NCBI GenBank assembly: GCA_963695095.1
Contig: CAVOFT010000001.1
Location: 1,824,001-1,888,000, forward strand
DNA from: an uncultured bacterium
GTDB taxonomy: Bacteria > Krumholzibacteriota > Krumholzibacteriia > JACNKJ01
Length of the DNA: 64,000 nucleotides
Direction: 5' to 3'
A model generated the notes under the pieces. That model was not told the origin of the DNA, did not search any database, and was given only the letters and a program-made list of their open reading frames with translations. The translations under genes were made by a program, and so were the position numbers. Position 1 is the first letter of the stretch. Each line of letters begins with the position of its first letter. Positions 10,100 through 18,963 of the stretch are shown here, one piece after another.

Positions 10100-10128
10100 C
10101 ACGCTCCTTTGCTTGGGTAGGGGCGAGC

Positions 10129-11551
10129 CTAGGCCTCGCCGGTTTCGAGGCGTTCGACGACGACGCGGTTGCCCTTGATCTCGATCACCTTCACCTGCGC
10201 GCCGCGGGCGATGTAGTCGCCGGAAGTGATGACGTCCAGACGCCGGCCCTCGAGTTCGATGACGCCGGCCGGGCGCAGATCCGTCAGGCTGCGGCCCACC
10301 TTGCCCAGGAGGGGCTCGCCCTCGTGGCTGTCGGCATGGTAGCCGATCGGCGTGATCCTGGCGATCTTCCAGCACGATGGCGCCCATCCAGCGGGCCTGG
10401 GGCAGGAACTTGAGCAGGCTGAGGAAGAGGCCCAGGGTGACGGCGAAGGAGATGATCGAGCAGCATCAAGGCGGCCCGGATCTCCGGCATGCCGCCGTGC
10501 GGGGAGACGCGACTGAGCAGCAAGTCCGGCGACGAGCATCACGATGCCGGCGATGCCGGTGACGCCGAAGCCGGGGATGACGAAGATCTCGAGCACGATC
10601 AGGAGCAGCCCGCCGAGGAAGAGGAGCAGCTCGACATTGCCGGCCATGCTGACCAGGTAGTGGCTGCCGAAGTAGAGCGCGAGGCAGATGACCCCGATCA
10701 GGCCGGGGATGCCCAGGCCCGGCGTGCGCAGCTCGAGCAGGAGGGCGAGGCCGCCGATCGATAGCAGCAGGCCGGCCAGGATGGGATGGGTCAGGAAGCG
10801 CACGAGCCCCTCGGACCAGGTCGGGCTGGCGCGCACGACGCGGCGCTCTTCCCAGCCCATCAGCCTCGAGCAGCGCGCCGCGGTCGGCGACGATGCTGTC
10901 GGCGATGCCCAGCTCCAGGGCCTCGTGCCCGGTGAGCGTGAGCAGCTTGCCGGCGGCCACCACATCCGCGATTGCGATGTCGGCGTCCACCATGGCCTCG
11001 GCGATGCGGGGGTCGCGGCCCGTGGCCTCGGCGGTGGCGCGCATCTCGCCGCGCATGTAGGAGACGGTCTTCTCGCCGGTGGGCGTGCTCTCGCCGCCGG
11101 GACCGATCTGCACGGGCTGGGCGGCGCCGATGGACGCGCCTTCGCTCATGATCAGCGTGCGCGCCGCCAGGCTGATCAGCGCGCCGGCGCTGATCGCCCG
11201 CCCCGAGACCCAGGCCACCGTGGGCAGCTCGCTGGCGAGGATGGCGTCGCGGATGCGCACGGCGGCGTCGATGCGGCCGCCGAAGGTGTCCACGCGCAGG
11301 AGGACGGCGTCGGCGCCGCCCGCCTCGGCCTCGGCGATGGCCCGCTCGACGAAGGGCGCGAGGCCCATCTCGATGGTGCCGGTGATGGGGATCTCGGTCA
11401 CGCGCAGGGCGCCGTAGCCTGGCGGCCGGCTCTCCTCAGCGCGCGCTGCGCCGAAGACGCCGGCGCCGATGGCGAGCAGGGCGACGGCGATCCGCGCGAG
11501 GTAGCTGCACCGGCGACGCGCTCGCGGGCGCTCAAGGATACCGGTTGGCAT
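10129..11551 (-). pseudogene. nfeD: NfeD/YqeZ membrane-bound ClpP-class protease, broken by four +1 frameshifts (probably sequencing errors)
   Basis: ClpP-like domain (DTFGG, AISAGALI, SIGAA, GKLLTLT), TM domain (LRTPGLGIPG, EIFVIPGFG) and OB domain (TDLRPAG) are in different frames. Removing single bases near 10864, 10524, 10457 and 10345 restores one ORF. Confidence 0.85.
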
Positions 11552-11570
11552 TCCAAACCCCCTTGGCCTC

Positions 11571-11599
11571 TTGACTTTGCACCGGACGCTGCCTACTCT
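11571..11599 (+). promoter_or_regulatory. sigma70-type promoter of tRNA-Ala
   Basis: TTGACT-N17-TACTCT, 12 nt upstream of the tRNA. Confidence 0.7.
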
Positions 11600-11611
11600 G
11601 CAAGCCGTTTC

Positions 11612-11684
11612 GGGGCCGTAGCTCAGCTGGGAGAGCGCATGACTGGCAGTCATGAGGTCAGGGGTTCGATCCCCCTCGGCTCCA
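11612..11684 (+). tRNA. tRNA-Ala(GGC), CCA not encoded
   Basis: GGGGCCGTAGCTCAGCTGGGAGAGCGCATGACTGGCAGTCATGAGGTCAGGGGTTCGATCCCCCTCGGCTCCA; anticodon arm CATGA-CTGGCAG-TCATG; G3:U70 pair. Confidence 0.97.
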
Positions 11685-11698
11685 CCCGCTTCATCGAC

Positions 11699-11737
11699 GA
11701 GGTTCTTCCGCGAGGCGTGTGCGGATGGACCTCTTTT
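11699..11737 (+). terminator. Probable intrinsic terminator after tRNA-Ala
   Basis: Imperfect stem GAGGTTC-TTCCGC...GCGGA-TGGACCTC followed by TTTT. Confidence 0.5.
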
Positions 11738-11955
11738 CATTGCTAGCCGGCCGCGGCGATTCCAGGTAACAGCGCCCTTACCGCCGGCTCGGGGTCGCAT
11801 TCACTTCGCGAGTGCAAACTCCTGCTCCAGACCGAGAATCGCCCACGGAGGGCTTCGGCGCGCCCGATCCCAGGGAATCGCGGCGAGGCCCTGCTTGCAT
11901 CCGGCAGCCGCCTCGCCTAGGCTCCCGAGCGCCGCCAGCCCGCGCAAGGAGGCCC

Positions 11956-13191
11956 ATGTCCGCAGCGACCCCGCCGCTCATCCTGTTCGAAGCAGCCGGC
12001 ATCGAGGCCTTCGGCCCGCCCGTTGCCCTCAGGCCCGTCTGGGAGCTGCGCCTCGGCGCGCGCACACTCGCCGAGCGCTGCGCGGCGATCTGGCCGGCGG
12101 GGGCGCTCTACTACTGGCCGCGGCCGCGCTTGCGCGGCCTCTGTCCCGAAGCGCCCGCTGCTGTCTTCGCGGCGCCGCGCGTCCTGCTCCTCGCCGGCAA
12201 TCAGATGATGACCGCTCCGGAGGCGGCCAGCCTGCTCGCCGGCTTGGGGCCGGGCGAGAGCCTGCGCGCGGGGGAGCGCGAGGTCGCGCTCTGCCTCAGC
12301 GGCGCCGAGGCCAGGGAGTGGCTCGGCGCTCTCGCCGATGGGGCGGCCGTCTGGCCGGCGCCCGCCGCCGAGCCGCGGGAGAGCGCCCTGGGTCCGCTCG
12401 TCGACTACTGGTGGGAGCTCTATGCCCTCGCGCCGCGCGCGATGGCCGACGACCAGATCTCGCTGCTGGCTGCGGGCGACTGGCAGCGGTGCGCGGCTTC
12501 CGGCGGGGGCGAGTGCTATCTGGCCCCGGGCGCCGAGCTGGGCCCCGGGGCCGTCATCGATGCCGGCGCCGGCCCCGTGCTCCTGGATCGCGACGTGAAG
12601 GTGGGCGCGCTCAGCGTCGTGGCGGGCCCCTGCTACCTGGGCCCCGGCACGCGGACGAAGCCGCACACGCAGCTGCACGGCGTCTTTGCCGGCCCCCAGT
12701 GCCGGCTGGGCGGCGAGGTCGAGGAGACGCAGCTGCAGGGCTACGCCAACAAGCAGCACCACGGCTTCCTCGGCCACGCCGTGGTCGGCGAATGGGTGAA
12801 CCTGGGCGCCGGGGCCACGAACAGCGATCTAAAGAACAACTACTCCGGCGTGCGCGTGGAGCAGGGCGGCCGCCGGCTGGAGAGCCAGCAGCGCTTCCTC
12901 GGCAGCTGCCTGGGCGATCACGTGAAGATCGGGATCCAGGCGCGGCTGAGCACGGGCACCGTGCTCGAGCCCTTCACCAACTGGTTCGGCGGCGACTTCC
13001 CGCCCAAGGGGCTGCCGCCCTTCAGCTGGGGCGGCGACGGCCTGCTCGTGGAGCACGCGCTCGACAAGGCCCTGGCCACGGCGGCCATCGCCATGGGCCG
13101 GCGGGGCGTGGAATTGAGCCCGGCCGCCGCGGCCGTGGCGCAGTCGCTCTTCGCGGCCAGCGCCCCCTGGCGGCGCGAGCGCCTCGGCTGA
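11956..13191 (+). CDS. Putative sugar-phosphate nucleotidyl/acetyltransferase (Bacteroidota-type alternative GlmU family) with hexapeptide repeats
   Basis: AAGGAGG RBS; N-terminal RPVWELRLGARTLAE; GGEVEE...YANKQHHGFLGHAVVGEWVNLGAGATNSDLKNNY; left-handed beta-helix repeats. Confidence 0.85.
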   Translation: MSAATPPLILFEAAGIEAFGPPVALRPVWELRLGARTLAERCAAIWPAGALYYWPRPRLRGLCPEAPAAVFAAPRVLLLAGNQMMTAPEAASLLAGLGPGESLRAGEREVALCLSGAEAREWLGALADGAAVWPAPAAEPRESALGPLVDYWWELYALAPRAMADDQISLLAAGDWQRCAASGGGECYLAPGAELGPGAVIDAGAGPVLLDRDVKVGALSVVAGPCYLGPGTRTKPHTQLHGVFAGPQCRLGGEVEETQLQGYANKQHHGFLGHAVVGEWVNLGAGATNSDLKNNYSGVRVEQGGRRLESQQRFLGSCLGDHVKIGIQARLSTGTVLEPFTNWFGGDFPPKGLPPFSWGGDGLLVEHALDKALATAAIAMGRRGVELSPAAAAVAQSLFAASAPWRRERLG

Positions 13192-13292
13192 GGAGCCGGC
13201 GGCAAGCTCTGCGCAGCCCCGTCGCAAAATGCCAGACCCCGGTGGATGCGCGCCGGCGCCGGGCGCCGCGCGCCAGCGCGGCGCTCCGGCTT

Positions 13293-13317
13293 CAAGTCCA
13301 TTGTCGATAAGAGCTTG
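13293..13317. promoter_or_regulatory. 25-bp IHF-like site (copy 2 of 5)
   Basis: CAAGTCCATTGTCGATAAGAGCTTG, about 50 nt upstream of a sigma54-like promoter. Confidence 0.45.
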
Positions 13318-13366
13318 CTTCGCCCGGGCAGGGACTGGGCGCCGCCGGCCGGGGACGGGTCCGCCC

Positions 13367-13382
13367 TGGCCCTGGATTTGAT
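13367..13382 (+). promoter_or_regulatory. sigma54-like promoter (TTGAT -12 variant) of the candidate sRNA
   Basis: TGGCCC-TGGAT-TTGAT; same spacing and same -12 variant as the flgF and fliP promoters. Confidence 0.5.
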
Positions 13383-13392
13383 AAGACGCCTG

Positions 13393-13500
13393 CGAACGCA
13401 TTGCCCTGCCCAGTGCGAGAAAGCCAGACCGGGGGCCCAATCTCACTTCTCGTGTGCTGCGCTTCTCCGTGTTTGGTGCTACGCCGTGGGCGGGGTTTTT
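13393..13500 (+). ncRNA. Candidate sigma54-dependent trans-acting sRNA (~108 nt)
   Basis: No credible coding ORF. Bounded by a sigma54-like promoter and a hairpin plus T-tract (13478-13500). 5' hairpin CGCATTG/CAGTGCG. Seed TGCTGCGCTTCTCC is complementary to flagellar RBSs. Confidence 0.5.
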
Positions 13501-13545
13501 CATTGCCGGCGGCCTGGCGCCGGCTTTTCTCATTCCGCTTAGGGT

Positions 13546-13574
13546 TTGACAAACGCAAGTCCGGCTGATACCTT
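13546..13574 (+). promoter_or_regulatory. sigma70-type promoter of the HU/IHF-bS22-rnr region
   Basis: TTGACA-N17-TACCTT with an extended TG. Confidence 0.7.
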
Positions 13575-13649
13575 GGGTTGCGTCTTTCGGATGGAGGGGC
13601 CCAACGCGGTGAGACCGCCGCGGCCACGGGTGCCTCGAGAAGGGGGAGC

Positions 13650-13952
13650 ATGACCAAGGCCGACCTCGTGGAGGAAATCTCCGCTCGCGTCAATCTGAGT
13701 AAGAAAGACACCGGGATCGTGGTCAACCTGGTCCTCGACAACATCAGTATGGCGCTCTCGCGCGGAGACAAAGTGGAATTACGCGGCTTCGGCAGTTTCC
13801 GGGTGAAGCAGCGCCGCAGCCGGCGCGCCCGCAATCCGCGCACCGGCACCTCCGTCTCCGTGCCCGCCAAACTCGTGCCCTTCTTCAAGGCCTCCAACGA
13901 GTTGAAGACCCTCGTCAACGGCGACGACGCGGGCGCCGGGGGCGCCAACTAG
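13650..13952 (+). CDS. HU/IHF-family DNA-binding protein (IHF-beta-like)
   Basis: MTKADLVEEI...GDKVELRGFGSF...ARNPRTG...VPFFKASNELK; GGGGAG RBS. Confidence 0.95.
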   Translation: MTKADLVEEISARVNLSKKDTGIVVNLVLDNISMALSRGDKVELRGFGSFRVKQRRSRRARNPRTGTSVSVPAKLVPFFKASNELKTLVNGDDAGAGGAN

Positions 13953-14052
13953 GCTCCAGCCCCTCACATCCGCATCGATCGGGACTCATCGCATTTCCGG
14001 GAACGCTCCTCCGGTTGGAGGACGATCTCTGCTCAAGAGAGGTAGCCACGCC

Positions 14053-14142
14053 ATGCCCAACGGCAGGAAGCGCAAGCGCAAGAAGATCGCCACGCACAAG
14101 CGCAAGAAGCGCATGCGCAAGGACCGGCACAAGAAGAAGTAA
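14053..14142 (+). CDS. 29-aa basic ribosomal protein bS22 (AURKAIP1/COX24 domain family)
   Basis: MPNGRKRKRKKIATHKRKKRMRKDRHKKK after a GAGAGGT RBS; below the ORF-track size cutoff. Confidence 0.9.
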   Translation: MPNGRKRKRKKIATHKRKKRMRKDRHKKK

Positions 14143-14150
14143 GTCAGCTC

Positions 14151-16028
14151 GTGGGTGACTGGACCCGCGCCTTCCTCGCGTTGCTGCAGCGGCATCCGGG
14201 CGGGCTGACCTTGCGGCGCGCAGCCCGCCTCCTCGGCATACCCCGGGAGGACTATCGCCATTTCAGGCGCGAAGTGCTGCTCGTGCTGCGCACTGACCGC
14301 GTCCACCGCGTGCGCGGCCGTTTCCTGCTGCCCGGCACTGTCGGTGCCGGCAGCCCCCGCCCAGCCAGGCCGCTAGCGCCGCCGCCGGTGCTGCCGACGG
14401 CCTTCCGGCCCGCCAGCGTCGAAAGCGAGCGGGCGCAGGCAATGGCGGCGCTGCTTGCCGAGCACGGTCTCGAGCCGCGCTTCCCGCCGGCAGCCCTCGG
14501 CGAAGCCGAGGGGCAGGCGGCGGCCCAGCCCGCGGCAGCCGCCCATCGTCGAGATCTCGGCGGCCTGTGCATCCTGTGCATCGATCCAGCGGATGCGCGG
14601 GACCACGACGATGCCATCAGCCTGGAGCCCGGCGAGCGCGGCGGCTGGCGGCTCGGCGTGCACATCGCCGACGTCGCCGCCTTCGTGCCGGAAGATGGCG
14701 AGCTCGACCGCGAGGCCAGGCGCCGCGGCAATTCCACCTATTTCTACCTCGACACCGTGCCCATGCTGCCGCGAGCGCTGTCGGCGGAAGCCTGTTCGCT
14801 GCTGCCCGGCCAGGATCGCGCGGCGCTGTCGGTCTTCATCGAGTTCGACGCGGCTGTCCAGCCGCTCAGCGTGGAGCTCGTGGAGAGCCGCCTGCGCGTG
14901 AGCCACAGCCTGAGCTACGAAGAGGCGGAGGCCGCTCTCGCCGGCGAATCAGGGGACGAGCCCGCGCGCAGCCTGCAGGCGATGCAGGCGCTGGCCGAGC
15001 GGCTGGCGGCGGAGCGAGCCGCTGCGGGGGCGCTGCAATTCGAGCTGCCCGAGATCCGGCCCGTGGACGAGGGGGAGGGCGTTCAGGCTTTTCGGCCCGC
15101 GCCCGTCCTGCGCAGCCACCACATCGTCGAGGAGTTCATGCTGGCGGCCAACCACGCCGTGGGTCGCCTGCTGCGCGAGCGGGGGCGACCGGCGCTGTAT
15201 CGCATTCACCCGCCGCCGGCCGACGAGGATCTCGCCGAGCTGCTGCTCGCGCTCCGGCGCCGGCGCGTGAACTGGCGCCCGTCGCCCCAGCCGCGCAGCG
15301 CGGACTTCCAGCGTCTGGCGGCCCTGCTCGCGGAGCGACCGGATCGCGAGCTCCTGCTGATGAAACTGCTGCGCGCCCTGGCGAAGGCGGTCTACAGCGT
15401 GCATGACGAGGGGCACTTCGGCCTGGCCTGGTGGGACTATCTCCACTTCACCAGCCCGATCCGCCGCTACGCGGATCTCTGGGTGCACCGGGAGCTGAAA
15501 GACCTGCTCCAGGCGGAACAGGCGCGTGCGGCCGGCGAGCAGCGCTGGCTCCGCCACCGCTTCGCCGAGCTGCCCCGCCGCCCGCGTGCGGCGGCCCTGC
15601 GCCCCCAGCGCCGGCGCGCCCTGGAGGCCCTGGCGCGGGAGATCAGCGACTGCGAGGTCAACTCGCTCAAGGCCGAGCGGGCCGGCCTGCGCCTGGAGAT
15701 GATCCTCTGGGCGCGCCAGCGGCTGGGCGAGCGCTTCACCGCCGATCTGGTGGCGGTCTTTCCGACGGGGATCCTGCTCCGCCTGCCGGATTCCGGGGTG
15801 GAGGGCTTCCTGCCCGCCCAGTTCCTGGGCCGCGAGTACTTCGTCTACCACGAAGAGCGCGAGGAACTGCGGGGGGAGCGCAGCGGGCGCCTCTTTGCCG
15901 CCGGCCAGACCCTGGCCGTGCGGCTGGTGGACGCCAACCTCTTCTCGCGCCGGCTGCAGTTTTTGCTTGAGGATGAGCTGGAGGCAGACGACACTGAGAA
16001 AGCAGCGGGCAAGTCCCGAAGGAGTTGA
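14151..16028 (+). CDS. rnr: RNase R / RNB-family 3'-5' exoribonuclease (short N-terminus)
   Basis: IDPADARDHDDAIS catalytic motif, VHIADV, IVEEFMLAAN, HFTSPIRRYADL, C-terminal S1-like domain. Confidence 0.9.
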   Translation: MGDWTRAFLALLQRHPGGLTLRRAARLLGIPREDYRHFRREVLLVLRTDRVHRVRGRFLLPGTVGAGSPRPARPLAPPPVLPTAFRPASVESERAQAMAALLAEHGLEPRFPPAALGEAEGQAAAQPAAAAHRRDLGGLCILCIDPADARDHDDAISLEPGERGGWRLGVHIADVAAFVPEDGELDREARRRGNSTYFYLDTVPMLPRALSAEACSLLPGQDRAALSVFIEFDAAVQPLSVELVESRLRVSHSLSYEEAEAALAGESGDEPARSLQAMQALAERLAAERAAAGALQFELPEIRPVDEGEGVQAFRPAPVLRSHHIVEEFMLAANHAVGRLLRERGRPALYRIHPPPADEDLAELLLALRRRRVNWRPSPQPRSADFQRLAALLAERPDRELLLMKLLRALAKAVYSVHDEGHFGLAWWDYLHFTSPIRRYADLWVHRELKDLLQAEQARAAGEQRWLRHRFAELPRRPRAAALRPQRRRALEALAREISDCEVNSLKAERAGLRLEMILWARQRLGERFTADLVAVFPTGILLRLPDSGVEGFLPAQFLGREYFVYHEEREELRGERSGRLFAAGQTLAVRLVDANLFSRRLQFLLEDELEADDTEKAAGKSRRS

Positions 16029-16031
16029 GCC

Positions 16032-16400
16032 GTGCAGGAGCGTCGCCGCGCCCCCCGCCTGAAAGTCGAGCTACCCGTCATGCTGCGCATGCCGGGCAGC
16101 GCGGTCGCCCCCCTCGGCGAGACCCTGGACCTGAGCCGCAACGGCGCCTATTTCACGAGCGAGTATTTCATGAGCGAGGGCACCCGGCTGCCCGTCACGC
16201 TCGAGTTGCCCGGAGACGAGGGCCACCCCGCCGCCGCCATCCATCCGGACGGCATCGTCGTGCGCTGCCTGCCCGAAGAGGAAGATCCCGCCGTGCGCAG
16301 CTACGAGGTGGCGGTCTTCTTCATGGATCTGATCAAGGACGAGCAGCTCCTGCTCGATGCCTTCCTCGAGCGCCGCCTCGGTCGGGCCACCGCCCGCTAA
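16032..16400 (+). CDS. Stand-alone PilZ-domain protein (c-di-GMP receptor)
   Basis: Intact RxxxR (RRRAPR) and DxSxxG (DLSRNG) motifs. Confidence 0.88.
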   Translation: MQERRRAPRLKVELPVMLRMPGSAVAPLGETLDLSRNGAYFTSEYFMSEGTRLPVTLELPGDEGHPAAAIHPDGIVVRCLPEEEDPAVRSYEVAVFFMDLIKDEQLLLDAFLERRLGRATAR

Positions 16401-16426
16401 CCGCCGGCTTCCCGCCTGAATCCCCC

Positions 16427-16453
16427 TCAAGCGCCGTCCTCGGGTGCCGATAA
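16427..16453 (+). promoter_or_regulatory. sigma28 (FliA) promoter of the HDOD-PP2C-STAS operon
   Basis: TCAAG-N14-GCCGATAA. Confidence 0.8.
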
Positions 16454-16495
16454 CCTTGCCGAGCCTTCGTGCACTCGGAAAAGGAGCACCTGCAC

Positions 16496-17386
16496 ATGCC
16501 CGACAGTCCTTCCATCGCCGGCCTGGTGGAGATCAAGACGCTGCAGAAGCGAGTCCTGGCGCAGACCGAGAGCCTGCCCAGCCTGTCCACCGTCGTCGGT
16601 GAGTTCCTGCAGCTCTCGGCCAAGGAGTACTTCACAGCCCTGGACTTCGAGAAGGTGCTGATCAAGGACCAGGCCCTCGTGGCTCGCCTGCTCAAGGTGG
16701 CCAACAGCAGCTTCTTCGGCAGCTCGCGGCCCATCCAGACGGTCCACGAGGCCGTGGTCCTGATCGGCATGGACAATCTGAAGAACATCGTCTACGCGGT
16801 CAGCTCCAGCGGCCTCCTGCGGCGGAAGCTGAAGAGCTACCGCTATCCGGAGGCCGGCTTCTGGCTGCATTCCATGGCCGTGGGCATGACCTGCCGCGCG
16901 CTCATGGAGGGCCTGCGCGAGGGGCCCCTGGGCAGCGAGGAGGCCTTCGTCGCCGGGCTGATGCACGACATCGGCAAGCTGATCATCGACGACTACCTCG
17001 AGCCCACCGGTGGCAAGAACGGCATCTACAGCCTGGATGAGGAGCGGGAGGCCGCCGGTTTCGATCACGCGGAGCTCGGCGAGAAGATCCTCGAGCGCTG
17101 GCGGATTCCGGGCCACATCCGCGAGGCCCTGCGCTATCACCACGATCCCTTCGCTGGCGGCGAGTTCCAGGGCGGGGCTGCCGTGGTGAACCTGGCCGAT
17201 CGCATCTGCAACGCCTGGTGCGTCGGCACGCGCCCGCTCATGGACCTGGGCCGCGAGATCAACGAGGACGACTATGCGGACATCCTGGCCGCCCTCGCCT
17301 ACCCCGCGGGCAGCTTCCTGCCGCTGCTCTGGGAGCTGCGCCAGAAGCTCGCCGTCGTCGGCAGCTATTACGCCGAGGACGAATGA
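16496..17386 (+). CDS. HDOD-domain protein
   Basis: LPSLS...DQALVARLLKVANSSFFG...FWLHS...AFVAGLMHDIGKL...GFDHAELG...W...IP...ALRYHH; AAGGAG RBS. Confidence 0.92.
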   Translation: MPDSPSIAGLVEIKTLQKRVLAQTESLPSLSTVVGEFLQLSAKEYFTALDFEKVLIKDQALVARLLKVANSSFFGSSRPIQTVHEAVVLIGMDNLKNIVYAVSSSGLLRRKLKSYRYPEAGFWLHSMAVGMTCRALMEGLREGPLGSEEAFVAGLMHDIGKLIIDDYLEPTGGKNGIYSLDEEREAAGFDHAELGEKILERWRIPGHIREALRYHHDPFAGGEFQGGAAVVNLADRICNAWCVGTRPLMDLGREINEDDYADILAALAYPAGSFLPLLWELRQKLAVVGSYYAEDE

Positions 17387-18963
17387 GCTCTGCGCTGATC
17401 GCAGGAGATGATCTGGCGCTGCTGGACCTCTACGGCGCCGAGGATCGGGCCGAGTTTCAGCGCGTGCTGGCTGCCATTCTCGGCGATCGCTTCGGTGTGC
17501 GGGACTTCGCCGTACACCTGGTCGACCGCCGCCGCCGGCACTTCCTCGAGCTGGAATCCGCGCCCGGGGCGGTCGAGCGCCTGGTTGCGGCGACCGCGCT
17601 GCCCTTGCGCGTCCAGGGCGCCGAGCTGGGCCGGCTGAGCCTGCCCGGCGGCGTCCCCGAGAGCGCAGAGCTGTCCACCTTCAGCAACCACGTCGCGCTG
17701 GCCCTCTATTTCCAGAAGTTCATCGATCAGCAGGGGCGATTGATGGAGGAGAGTCTGTCGCACGTGCAGGCGCTCAAGGCGATGGGCGATCTGCTGGGCG
17801 AGCTGGAGCCGGAGCTCGTCCTCAACAAGACGCTGAAGTTCTTCGTCGACCTGGTGGGCGCCGAGGTGGGCGCGGCGCGCCTCCTGGCCGAGGACCGCTG
17901 CCTGCACGAGGCGCGCTGGGGCCTGCCGGCCGAAATCCTCAGCGAGCTGGTGGGGGTCGCGGGCGGCGGCGTGGGCGAAGGCAGCGGTTGGCTGCAGCGC
18001 ATCGCGCTGCCTCGCGAGCGCTTCGCCGGCTTCTCCCTGGGCGCGGTGCTCTACCTGCCCTTCGAGCTGAGGCCGCCCCACACGGCTCAGGTCTTCCTGC
18101 TCTCCGGTGAGGAGATCGAAATCGGACAGCATCGCGCCGAGCTGGTGGGCTCCTGCCACGCCATCGGCGGCATCGCGCTGCAGAAGTCGCTCGATCACCT
18201 GGAGCAGATCCGCCAGCATCGGCTGAGCGAGCAGCTCAGTGTCGCCAAGGAGATCCAGGCGAAACTCCTGCCCAGCGTGCTGCCCAGCCGCGCCGGGCTG
18301 GACATCGCGGGCCTGAGCCTGCCGGCCCAGGCCGTGGGCGGGGACTACTTCGATGTCCTCGAATTGCCGGGGGGCGATCTGCTCGCGATCGTCGCCGATG
18401 TCTCGGGCAAGGGCATCCAGGCCGCCATCCGCATGAGCGGCCTGCAGGCGATGGTGCACAGCCTCGGCTTCCAGGATCTGCAGCCGGAGCAGGTGCTCGT
18501 GCGGCTGAACGAAGTCCTGGGCCGCGGCGGCCTCAGCGGGCACTTCGTGACGGCCTGCGTGCTGCGCGTCGGCGCCGACGGCCGCCGGGTGCGCTTCGCC
18601 TCGGCGGGCCATGAATCGGCGCTCATCGCGCGCGCGACCGGCGGCTGCGCCGGCATCGAGCGCCCGGGCGGCCTGCCGCTCGGCCTGCGCGCCGACCAGC
18701 GCTACCCCGAGACCGAGCTCACGCTCGCGCCGGGGGACCGCTTGCTCGTCTACACCGACGGCATCACCGACACCCGCAACAGCGCCGGCGAGCTCTATGG
18801 GCTCGATCGCCTGCAGGCCCGCCTGGCGGCCGCGGACGCGGCAGGCGCTCAGGCCTGGCTGGACGGCCTGGTCGCCGATCTCGAGCGCTGGCGCGGTCAG
18901 ACCCCCTGGTCCGACGACCTGACCGCCCTCACCTTTCACCACCACGCAGAAGGGACTCACTGA
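17383..18963 (+). CDS. GAF-like + PP2C/SpoIIE (RsbU-type) Ser/Thr phosphatase
   Basis: AKEIQAKLLP, VGGDYFD, IVADVSGKG, SAGHE, LVYTDGITD, DDLT; ATGA overlap with the HDOD gene. Confidence 0.92.
   Translation: MSSALIAGDDLALLDLYGAEDRAEFQRVLAAILGDRFGVRDFAVHLVDRRRRHFLELESAPGAVERLVAATALPLRVQGAELGRLSLPGGVPESAELSTFSNHVALALYFQKFIDQQGRLMEESLSHVQALKAMGDLLGELEPELVLNKTLKFFVDLVGAEVGAARLLAEDRCLHEARWGLPAEILSELVGVAGGGVGEGSGWLQRIALPRERFAGFSLGAVLYLPFELRPPHTAQVFLLSGEEIEIGQHRAELVGSCHAIGGIALQKSLDHLEQIRQHRLSEQLSVAKEIQAKLLPSVLPSRAGLDIAGLSLPAQAVGGDYFDVLELPGGDLLAIVADVSGKGIQAAIRMSGLQAMVHSLGFQDLQPEQVLVRLNEVLGRGGLSGHFVTACVLRVGADGRRVRFASAGHESALIARATGGCAGIERPGGLPLGLRADQRYPETELTLAPGDRLLVYTDGITDTRNSAGELYGLDRLQARLAAADAAGAQAWLDGLVADLERWRGQTPWSDDLTALTFHHHAEGTH

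Noticed and set aside
8368..11684. tRNA-anchored genomic island or prophage
   Set aside because: No integrase, transposase, duplicated tRNA 3' end or visible compositional shift; the flanking genes are housekeeping.
13292..13310. TCAAG...GTCGATAA as a sigma28 promoter
   Set aside because: The spacer is only 6 nt, against 14-15 in the other sites.
13393..13500. Candidate sRNA as a CsrB/RsmZ-type sponge
   Set aside because: It has no GGA repeats and is C/U-rich, which fits base-pairing rather than CsrA titration.
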